From positions 289,588-336,783 of the forward strand of contig ML992509.1 in assembly GCA_010093995.1 (NCBI GenBank): 47,196 nt of DNA, in the 5' to 3' direction. A program made the translations under genes and the position numbers. The notes below the pieces were generated by a model. That model was not told the DNA's origin. It did no database searches and was given only the letters and a program-made list of their open reading frames with translations. Positions 11,830 to 21,860 of this stretch are shown here, in pieces. Numbering within the stretch: the first letter of the stretch is position 1; each line of letters starts with the position of its first letter. The DNA comes from Elsinoe ampelina. Lineage: Eukaryota.

Positions 11830-14800
11830 ATGGCCATCTTCTCGCGTCGGCGGGGTTCGACCGGCCAGGTTTGTGATTGATCATCTGCTTTGTCACGGGA
11901 GACTGACGAGGATATACAGGTCCAAAGACCAAATGCGCCGGTCAGTTCAGCGGCTGCGGTCGCTGCGAATGCTGCTTTCCTCAACAAGTCTCCTTCCGCA
12001 GCTTCGCTCAGTTCTGCTGCTGCAGCTGCCGCTTTACGATCTCATACAACTTCGCCAGAACCAATCGCCAATCTCCAAACAAAGCGAATGGTGCGACGAC
12101 TCTCACAGTCCTCGAATGGTAGTGGCAGCGTAATAGTCGGTCCAGGCTTTGGTGGGGGACAGCGCCCAGTCGTGCGTAGGAGCAGCCAAGGTTCCATGAC
12201 GGACAGGACATTCAGATCTCCATCTCCGGGAGGCGTATCCCCGAGGAGAGCACCTGTTCCAGCCGCCGACGATGCTCCACCAGTACCTGTCTTGAGGCTC
12301 GATGGCAACAGCGGCGAACAACATTCAAGGCCAAGTTCGAGAGCATCTGCTACGGCACCGCGTCCGAAACCTGCGCCAGTCAAAGTATATCAGCCTACTG
12401 GACTCCCAAAGGTTCATGAGCTGGAACGTGAAGGTAGCAGGAACTCAATCAATTTCTCGAGACCAATCACATCCCCTACCGAGTCGACTCCTCCCGTCTC
12501 GCCGACTAGACCGAAAACTGCTGGCTCTTGGTTTGGCGCTCCTGCAGAGACAAAGGTCGCTGCACGACAGTCCGTTCACGATCGACCAAAGAGCGCAGTT
12601 GGTATTTCGGCAGGAAACAAATCAGGCATTGAAGCTGGACTCCAATCTGTTGCAAGAACACCGTCGAAGAAGAAGCAGAAAGCGGCCACCCAAGCTCAAG
12701 GCTCCAAACTTGCAGCGGGCACTTTGAGCAAGACGCCGCAAGGTACAGCAGTGTCTGCACTAAGTACGCAAGCGCGAGCACAAACGTCATCTCCTACACC
12801 TCTTCCGAAAAAACGACCAGCCACGAAAGCTGCTACAGCAGAAAGGACCGAGTCTGACACGGATGTGTCTGATGCCGATCGCAGGCGACAGACGAACTCA
12901 CCGTCAAGAACTCGCAAATCCACGCATACACTCAACAAGCAGCCTTCGGTAGTCATGGAAGAGCCGGACACTGAGCAGGACATCACAAAGCAGAAACGGG
13001 AGCAGGACAGTGCATATCCAAAGCTAGACCCGGCAAAACAGAGATCGCCACAAACACAGCACCTTGCGCCACGATCGAGAGAACCATCCTTGACACCTAG
13101 TACGTCTTCTGCCGGTTCTCCACATATGCGGTCACGTCCAGTGTCCCTCGAAGTGCCAGATCACTCGCACAAGTCTGCCCATTTCTCGAGCAACATAATC
13201 GACACTCCGTCAGGAGTTCGCCACAATCCTCCACCTCGATCCATTTCACCAGCGAAGTCTGCTCTGAAGCACTCGCCTTCTTCGTCTATCCGCACGACCT
13301 CACCGGTCGCAACATTCAGTCCGCCGACTAGACCCCCTGGTAGCGATACTTCTGACAGCATGTCGCTCACCTCCCAGGACGGCATCAAAACGACCAAGAG
13401 GAAGAAGGCAGCCCGAGTCAGCTTCGACGATAGTGCCATTGAACAAATCCATGAACGAGAGCCCAAGCCGCTTACCAACGGTGTCAAGAATGCTCGTCGC
13501 TCACTTTCTCCTGGTTTGTCTGACGAGGACATGGATGACGAGACAATGAAGCCAAGACCAGCCCTGCCATCATTTGGCAGCGTACGGAAAACTACGCCAA
13601 GGAGAAACCAGCCCGAGTCTCCAGAGAAGGTCACGGAGACTCTCAACGACACGACGAAACAACGGGACGCCCAGCAAGGTACATCCAGTGACCACGCAAT
13701 TGCGTCCATACTCAATGACGCCCACGGCAAGAAGACTTCGCATGACGAGAATGCTCCTCTCCCCCCTGAGGTCACATCTGTGGAAGGGACGGGCCATTTC
13801 TCTGATAGCGGAGAAAGTTCTGACGAGGAAGAATTAATCAAAGTTCACAAGCGTGACCCACAAGGGGTTCCCACCGCGGTTCAAGAGCCAGCGCAAAAGC
13901 GGGATGACTTGGTTGCACGAGACTCCGTCGCGCAACACATGGCAGTCCCTGACATACATGTTCTGCCCGCCACCCCTGGAATCGAGGACGTCCCGAATGA
14001 GTTGATGCAAGAGTCCGGTCCAAAGGCCGAAGACTCCTCCGTGAAGCCAGACGATATTGCGTCCAAGCCCACCAGAGTGTCTGTTCCAGGTGGCTGGGAC
14101 GAGGACGAGGAAGAGCCAGTTGCAGCAGGCATTTCCCAATTGGTCGTTACTCCGTCGACTTCTTCAAAGGAGCCGCAGGAAGCAGGGGAAGAGCAGGCCG
14201 AGTCTGATTCTGACGACAGTGCTGCCTTCAGCGACGCTGCAGAAGATCCTTCCGAGCTTGAGCCATTCGGCTATGCCTCGCTCGACGCCATCGTGGAAAG
14301 TCCTCTACCAAGTCGCGATAAGCAAAAGGAACAGGCTGCATCGCCGGCAATGTCAAGCCCATTATTCGACTCCTCACCGGAAGTGGGCACGCCTACCTCG
14401 GACAACAATGACTGGAGTCGTGCTAGCGCCTATTGGAGCAACCAAAAGCAGCAATTACAGCGCCGGGAGTCTGATCAACCGGCGACGGAAGACGAGACCT
14501 CGGCGCAGAGCTTGCCAGCCCCCAAACCGAAAGCAGTCAAGCCTCGAAATAAACCCGTTGTGGAGAACCCTTCAGGAGCAACGAGCTCGAGACAGCCGGC
14601 ACGCCAAATGCGCAGTTCGATGCGCGAGAAGCAACCACGAGTGGTCGAAGAACGGCCTTCCACGTTCCGCAAAACGATGAGAGGCCCCCCACCTGGACCA
14701 CCGCGACCCACCCCAGCTGAAAGGACTAAGCCAGTACCCACATCCGCCTTACAACAGAAGACCATGAGGCCAGCATCGGCTGGGGGCCTACCTTCAAAGC

Positions 14801-16233
14801 CAGCGCCTGTGACTGCGAAACCTTCAGCAAACGACAGCGATTCGGAGTCAAGCTTCCGGAAGAAGCCACGACGAGGCAGCGCAAGCGATACTGGGAGGTA
14901 TACGATGAAGCGCTCCATGCGATCTGCCTCTCTCGATAGAGACCAAGAAAGAAGACCTTCCTCCTCTCAGGGTGTTCCCGGACCCGGCAGATGGAGCTTG
15001 CGGTCCATGTCGCCTCCTGGTGATACCCCTCAATCCAATAGAAGCGCTTTCCGTACCTCGCTCAGAGGTACCTCAATTCCAGAAGGCCCAACCCTTAGAG
15101 GCAGCAACAGTATTGCTCAAGGGAAGCAGTCCAAGTCTGGTAAATTCAGCATGTCTGGCTTCTCTCGGGGTGCCAAACCACCTGCAGCAACGCCCGCTCC
15201 GGCTCAGACTGAGAAGGCGTTCAAGTCTCGCTTCGCTGACTCAGAATCTGAAGACGAGGCACCTGTCAGTGCTCCGACCCGAGGACCGAAACAAGGTTTC
15301 CGAAGTCGCTATGCAGACTCCGATGACGAAGATGATCAGCCGCGTCACATTGCCGCCGATCTCACGCCTGTCCGGGGTATTCCTCGACCGACAAACACAA
15401 TCCACGAGGATTCCACTGATCTCGATGACTCTTCTGATGACGAGTTCTCCCGCCGACGTCGAGCCAAGCGCGATTCTGCTCGCACTGTGGCAAAGCCGGC
15501 AGTACCAAGTCAAGCAGATATCGATAAGGCAATGGCAGCGGCTCGCCAGAACGTAGCAGCAATGACGGGCAACCAAGCTTTGCTCGAACCCTCTACCCCC
15601 AAGGGCAAGGTCCAGAAGCGTGTGACACTTCAAACGGACGCCCAATCGCCACCAGATGCTCCAGCGACACCAGCGATCACCACTGATGCAGCACCGATCG
15701 CACGGCGCAAAGGTCTACTTGGTTCCATTTTCAGCCGCCGAAACTCAAGTTCTTCGGTTACCTCGGTGTCAAAGCCCGCAGCGACGACTACAGACATGAC
15801 TCCGCCCGCTAGTCCAGGTAGCCCTCGCGGTAAGCTCCAGCGCCGTCACGCACCAAAGCTCAGTCGAAATGCTTCGGCGCAGAGCCAACTCAGCACGAAG
15901 AGCGACATGTCAACAGGTACCACAGCTACAGCCACCACAACCCCTGCTGCCCCGGCGACACCAGCCATGCCCGCTGTCAAGGAAGACGACGAGACCGAAC
16001 TCTGGCCACTAGAACCACCACGCATGCCAGCCGCGGAGGAAGAAAGAGAACGCCCCGCTAGCAGTGACGGCGTCGCGGAGAGCGGAAGAGCCAAATTATC
16101 CGAAGCCAGACCCAAACTTGAACGACGAAGCGTCAGCGGTGGCGAGAAGATCAAGCCCCAAGTGTACAGCGAGAAGACCGGGAAGAAGAAGCGATTCGGG
16201 AGGCTCAGGAGAGCATTTAGGTTGGATGATTAG
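11830..16233 (+). CDS. Large disordered Ser/Pro-rich protein, probable eisosome Seg1/Sle1-like
   Basis: Exon 11830-11868 MAIFSRRRGSTGQ, intron 11869-11919, long exon to 16233; SSAAAAAALR and GSMTDRTFR blocks and a basic amphipathic C-terminus KKKRFGRLRRAFRLDD. The gene is solid; the family call is by resemblance only. Confidence 0.6.
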
Positions 16234-16649
16234 GCATCATGCTTCCTTTCGGAGGAAGACATGGAGGGGATGGGGAATTGGTGGCAATGATTCATGATAG
16301 ATGTGTATTTTACGGTTGAACAGGGGACGTTAATGAGGAGGAGTAATATTAATCATTTATCATTGATATCTCACGCTGTGTATCTCTCCTCGTATCCCAG
16401 CTTATTCTGGTGTCGCAGAAGCAAAAGTGATGGCCCTACGTCATCCTTCCTTTTGCTCGGAGGAGCCCGACAGATCGGGTGGCGTCCCACTCTAACCCAA
16501 TCGAGCGATGGCGCAACCTTGCAACGACTTCATCTCGTCTAGGGTGCGTTTGAAGAATATTCCCATCATCATTCCATCTGTATTCTTCAGTGCTGTGGCC
16601 GTCGAAGTCGATTTTTTCGTTCTGATATTTTTTCACGCAAGCTTCGGAC

Positions 16650-17529
16650 ATGTCCGCTTTGACGGAGGGAGGCGATCTCTGGCTCTTTGGCTACGGGTAT
16701 GGGTTTTTTCTGGTCGGAAGACTGAAGAGAGAGGAAATGTGTATTGATATGTTTGTAGAAGTCTTATATGGAAGCCTCCTCCTCATTATGGTTGTCTAAG
16801 CTGTGTGTCATGTGATTTTGCCACTTCTGACGCAGTGCCAGATCTGAGGGTGCCCGGATACATTGAGGGGTATGTGAGGAGGTTTTGGCAGGTAGGTTGA
16901 TGGTTTTGGGGGCGGTCAGGGTCGTCGCTGATGGTGTTGCAGGCAAGGTTGGTGCTGTGTCACGTGCGGCTCGCCACTGGCTGAGAGATTTGTAGTGAGG
17001 ATCACAGGGGGACGCCAGAAGCGCCTGGCAGAGTGGTCACGCTGCTTGATAGGAAGTTTTGGGAGACATTGACGGATCATGTATGTCATTGCTGTATGAT
17101 CCGGGAGACCTTGCTGACGCCTAGAAGCACGCTGATGCGCCACCTCTGACCTGGGGTGCCGCCTACCGGATACCAGCGCCCAAGGTCGCAGAAGTCCAGG
17201 AATACCTTGATATCAGAGAGATCAATGGGTACAGCATGCAGTACGTGCCCTTCCTGCCGGCGCCCAGCTTCAAGACTGAGGAACGCCTCGAGACGCCCAT
17301 ACCTTGCCTCGTCTACATTGGCCTGCCCGACAACCCTCAATTCGTCGGCCCACAAGATCCACAGCAACTAGCAGAGCATATAGTCACTCATGAAGGTCCC
17401 AGCGGGCTCAATAAGGACTATCTCTACGAGCTGGACATGGCGCTCTCTCAGCTCAGCGCTGAAAGTCAGGACGAACACGTACACGATCTAGCGCGACGCT
17501 GTAGGCAGATAGAAGCAAATAGGTCATAG
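16650..17529 (+). CDS. ChaC-family glutathione-specific gamma-glutamylcyclotransferase
   Basis: Exons 16650-16696, 16759-16790, 16842-16891, 16943-16947 (microexon), 16996-17080 and 17125/17128-17529 give [49 protein letters not shown] and GPSGLNKDYLYEL. Confidence 0.92.
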
Positions 17530-18185
17530 ATCATTCTGCTCATCTATCTATACGCCCAGCTATGTCTCTCGATGCCTGGCGCCTCCTCTACGGCCTCGCC
17601 GTCGCCCTCATACTATGGCCACGTCTCTCGTTCTTGGGGCTCTGCGGCGTCTCCCGCGTCCTATTCGGGCTTCGCGCCGTACATTTGTGGAGCAGTCTCC
17701 GGTGAGCTGTATGAAGCTGAGTGAATTGGTCTGAGCTCTGGTATAAGCGGTTTTTAGGCCGGCAGGCATCGGAATGGCTATACAGTACGTGAAGAGATGA
17801 TGAAAGTTGGTCAGGTAGGTAAGCTCGTTACGCGCATTCTCATGATACAATTTAGGATGTCCTCACTTTCCTCCTTCACGTGTTATCGACCAATTTCCAC
17901 ACGACGTTCGTGAGGGTGACTTTCGCCCTCCGCAGCCTCATCGGTTGACCATATCAGCACGGGAGCATCCCGTCCCTGATTTGAATAAAACCATTCTTCC
18001 TCCCAGCCCAAACCTCTCTTCCTTTTTTTCTCCCATCGCGTTCTGTCTCCAAAGCTGTGAGTCCCGACCCAAAATCCGGTCACCCACCCACTTAACCCGA
18101 GCCGGTCAGCTGACTCTTACTGCAAGATCACAGTTTACCATTCACGACTTTACCGATTTACCAAAAATCAATCACCATTCTCACC

Positions 18186-19900
18186 ATGCCTTCTACCAAG
18201 GCCACCACCCTCGCCGCCCCATCGGGTAAGTCTTTTCTCACTTTTCTGTGATGCCTTCTCCTCTCGTGTCGTTATTTCTTCCTCTCCGCTTCAAAATTAT
18301 CTGCACGCAAGATGAGCCAAGTGCTCCTTTACCATCCTGTCGGTATGACAAATTTGAAGCTGACAACCTCGCAGGGCCTCGCTCCTCCCGCCTCCCCCGG
18401 CTTGTTGGGAAGGCACCTGCTGCCACAGGTGTCGCCCCAACCCGGGCGCCAAGTGCTGTCACCACCGGACAGCAAACCGCGACCGTCCTGGCTTCCGTAA
18501 GGAAGTCGCAACTCCCACGGCTCGCAGCCCCTCGTTCTGCGAAGCAGCAAGCTGGCTAGAAGCCGGCCCAAGCTTCAAAGGCATCCTCTGCCTCCGGCCC
18601 GAAGCCGGAAAAGAGAGCACGCTGGGTTGGACCCGGCAAATCCACCACCACCGCCCGTGCCGCGGTCAAATCGGCAAAACCTACCACTGGATCGCCCTCT
18701 GGTAGGATCACTCGGCCATCCGCCACCTTCCGCGCGCCCGCCGTCGCCACAACGGCTACTATCGCTTCTGCCGCCAAGGCAGTCACCCCTCGCGCCCGCG
18801 CCGTCGCTAAAACGGCCAACACCACCACCACTACCGCCCGTGCCCCGGTCAAATCGGCACGTCCTACCAGTGGCTCGTCCTCTGGTAGTTCCAACACACT
18901 CGTTGGCTCGACCTCTGCCAAAAAGGTCACTTTCGCCGACAAGCCGGCACTTCCTACCACTGGCAAGGCCTCTGGTAGGTCCATCCTTCGCGGTTCCACC
19001 GCCAACACCGCCCCTGCCGCGCCTAAGGCAGTTCCGACACCGCCGGCCGTCGTCCCATCGGCCTCAACTACCAGGACACGCAGTTCTGGTAGTTCCACCC
19101 TCACTTCGTCCGTGATCTCTGCCCCCAAGAGATCCAAGGGCTCATCCATCGCTCGTTTGGCTTCCAACTGGAAACCAGCCCCGGCTACCCCCGCCCGTCC
19201 GGTCCCTTTTTGGCCGACATACACCCCCGGCGCCTTTGTGCACGGGTTTCTTGCCGCGAACCAGCGGCGAACACAGCAGGCCCGCGCCCTTCGGGTTATC
19301 ACTCCTTCCTGGGACGGTCCAGTCCCTCAGGTCATCTACCCACTTCGTCTCGGCCATCTCTGGTCGCGCGATGATTCTGTCTTTAAAGGCGTTCCGATGA
19401 GTTTTGACAATGATTCGGACTCCGACACCGACTCGGTCACTGATGACTCGACACCTGCCACGTCTGTCGCCGACGTGGTAGAATCTGACACGGCGACTAC
19501 CACTCCTTCCTCCGGGGTCACTGCTGCCATGGCCGCCAGCTTGCTGGGCCTGGTAGTACCCTCGTCGCCAACTACCACCTCCTCGGTGGATTCTTCGGTC
19601 TCTTCAACGGCTTCCTCACCGTTCATCTCCCAGGTTTCTTCCCGGGTCCCTTCTTTCGAACTTCCTTCGGTCATTCCTACCACGTCTGTCGCCGACCTGG
19701 TAGGATCTCCTCCGGCGACTACCACTCCTTCTCTGGCATTCGCTGCTGACTTGGCTACTCGCTTGCTGAGTCTGGTCGAATCTTCGGCACCAACTACCAC
19801 TACTGTGGACTCTACCGTCTCTACCGCCGCCTCTTCGCCTTTCATCTCCCAGGCTAGCTCCCGGGTACCTTCTTTCGGCTCTTGGTCGTCTTTCGCCTGA
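18186..19900 (+). CDS. Orphan Ala/Thr/Ser/Pro/Lys-rich disordered protein interrupted by one in-frame TAG (18557-18559); 74 aa if the stop is used, ~521 aa if recoded
   Basis: Strong start context TCACCATG, exon 18186-18225, canonical intron 18226-18374 (GTAAGT..GCTGAC..CAG); the same frame stays open from 18560 to the TGA at 19898-19900. Could alternatively be a pseudogene. Confidence 0.6.
18681..19799. repeat. Array of CTACCA/TGGTAG inverted-repeat pairs with fixed 13- or 15-nt spacers inside the orphan CDS
   Basis: CTACCA-N13-TGGTAG at 18681, 18864, 18954, 19068; TGGTAG-N15-CTACCA at 19476, 19551, 19698 (TGGTCG variant at 19773); CTACCA-N15-TGGTAG at 19677. Confidence 0.85.
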
Positions 19901-20730
19901 TCCGACGTGTCTACACGCAGGATCTTCTGGAGGGCTGGCTCGTGGGACTTTCCGTTGCGTGCGAACGCAGGATTGCTTCACTTGCCTGGCTATCTGGGCT
20001 GATCCGTTGCGTTTGACACGGTTGGGTCTACTGGACTTCGACATCACGATCACTAACATCACGATCACTAACATCACCATCGCTTCAACATCGACATCCG
20101 CTGGACTCCTTGTTTAGACGCTGGACTGGCTGGACTCTAGCTGCCACTTGTCTCCGTCGCGTGCAAACGCGGGAGCTTGTCGGCGGCTTAGGACCTCTGG
20201 ATCCTGGCTGGCTTTACTCGGACCCTTCTGGACATCGGTACCGACACTCATTGGACAACACTTTTTTCTCTTCGACCTTCTGGTACTTGCTGGCTGGTCG
20301 GTCCTCTCGTTGCGGGAAGGGCAGTCGTTGGGGGACGGCTTGCTCCGAACGCTTTCCTCCTGGACGGAGCTGGAGCTGGAGTTCGCTGACTGGTCCATCA
20401 CTGGGGAGGGGATGGATGGACGTGGTGGAGGAGGAGGAGGATGATGGTCGCCGCCGGGCACGAACAGAGGCGTAACCCGGCACCCTTCTCTTTTGTTCTT
20501 CATTCCTGTCTCTTATCTCTTTTGTCTTTCTTATGTCTTGCTCTTCTGATCCTCTTGCATCTCTTTAGAAAAACACAAAAGGTTCTTGCTTACTTGAAGG
20601 GAGTTGGTGGCAGCCTTCTCTCCGATGGTGGCTTGGGCGCAAAAAAACTTGTAAAAGGCAACAAAAACAGCGAAGGCAAAAAATGCAGTCTCGGGGTATC
20701 CAGGCCCTCTTTCCTTTGTTGTCATCATGG

Positions 20731-20907
20731 GATAGATTTCTTAGGCGTGGTCGGGTGTTTGGGTATTGGCTTCTTTTCTTTTCCGATGATCCCTTCGGGG
20801 GGAGGGGTCCCTTCGGGGACCGCCTGACGATTGAGAGGCGCTTTCACGCAGCGTTGGGTGTCAGTACCTCACGCCGGCGAGCTGGGGGAAACCAGGACCT
20901 CTCTATC
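20731..20907 (+). ncRNA. Candidate structured RNA element (two cUUCGg hairpins, kink-turn, possible pseudoknot); family unknown
   Basis: Manual folding: CC-GAU-GA-UCCC-UUCG-GGGG-GA-GG K-turn (20783-20805); GGUCCC-UUCG-GGGACC (20806-20821); GAGAGG/CCUCUC (20833-38/20898-903); hairpin 20851-20874 whose loop GUCAG is complementary to CUGAC 20824-28. Confidence 0.45.
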
Positions 20908-21147
20908 TTCTTTGTCATTTTCCTTGTGCTCAGGAGCACCTCTCCTGTTTCCTATCTTCCTTCTCTTCATCATCATCACTGTCCTTGAGCACCATTTCCA
21001 TCCTCATCATCACTGTCCTTCCAGTCATTTTCTTCACCATCCTCATCTTCCTGTCATTTCATCTCTCTCTTTCTCATTGTCACTGTCCTTCCCGTCCATC
21101 TTCACTGCTGTCACCTTCTCGTTTGCCACTGACCTTAGCACCGACCT

Positions 21148-21305
21148 TCCCTTGCCACCGTCTTTATCTTGCCACCCACCTTCCCTTGCCACCGTCTTTA
21201 TCTTGCCACCCACCTTCGCTCGCCACCCACCTTCGCTCGCCACCCACCTTCGCTCGCCACCCACCTTCGCTCGCCACCCACCTTCGCTCGCCACCCACCT
21301 TCCCT
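21148..21305. repeat. Minisatellite: two 34-bp units followed by ~5-6 copies of 17-bp GCCACCCACCTTCGCTC
   Basis: Direct reading of tandem units. Confidence 0.9.
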
Positions 21306-21477
21306 TTGCCATTAATCCTTCCAGGTTTTCTTCACAACCCCACCTCCCATCGCTATCATCTTTTCCTTCCCACCATCCTTTCCTTCCCACCACTCTCTCT
21401 TTTGCGACCAGTCTCTCCTTTGCCACCGCTCCTTTCTCATCATTATCATCGCACATCTCACACATCTCCCACTCTCG

Positions 21478-21557
21478 CTGCACATACCTTCTTTCCTGTC
21501 ACTGCACATACCTTCTTTCCTGTCACTGCACATACCTTCTTTGCTGTCACTGCACAT
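21478..21557. repeat. Minisatellite: ~3 copies of 24-bp CTGCACATACCTTCTTTCCTGTCA
   Basis: Direct reading; a degenerate copy recurs near 21880-21910. Confidence 0.85.
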
Positions 21558-21580
21558 CCCTCACTGTCATTACATATCTC

Positions 21581-21860
21581 TCACCGTCACTACACATCTC
21601 CCACCGTCACTACACATCTCCCACCGTCACTACACATCTCCCACCGTCACTACACATCTCCCACCGTCACTACACATCTCNNNNNNNNNNNNNNNNNNNN
21701 NNNNNNNNNNNNNNNNNNNNNNNNNNNNNNNNNNNNNNNNNNNNNNNNNNNNNNNGTCACTACACATCTCCCACCGTCACTACACATCTCCCACCGTCAC
21801 TACACATCTCCCACCGTCACTACACATCTCCCACCGTCACTACACATCTCTCACTGTCAC
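21581..21860. repeat. Minisatellite: 20-bp CCACCGTCACTACACATCTC array spanning a 75-N assembly gap (21681-21755)
   Basis: About 5 perfect or near-perfect units on each side of the N run; true copy number unknown. Confidence 0.95.

Noticed and set aside
11850..11868. tRNA T-loop-like GGTTCGACC
   Set aside because: Lies in the first coding exon of the Seg1-like gene; no cloverleaf or A box.
20783..20805. SECIS element
   Set aside because: Has an AUGA..GA core, but the upper helix is only 4 bp with a UUCG loop and no apical AA motif; the interrupting codon is UAG, not UGA.
20824..20897. Hammerhead or HDV-like ribozyme
   Set aside because: CUGACGA and GAAA are present but no stem II joins them; for HDV, no P1 partner or proper J4/2 could be placed.
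17900..20910. Telomerase RNA
   Set aside because: No CTAACCCTAA-like template found on either strand in this block (only TAACCCG at ~18093 and ~20473).
21581..21860. 20-bp repeats as a CRISPR array
   Set aside because: Units are head-to-tail with no unique spacers, the context is eukaryotic and no cas genes are present.
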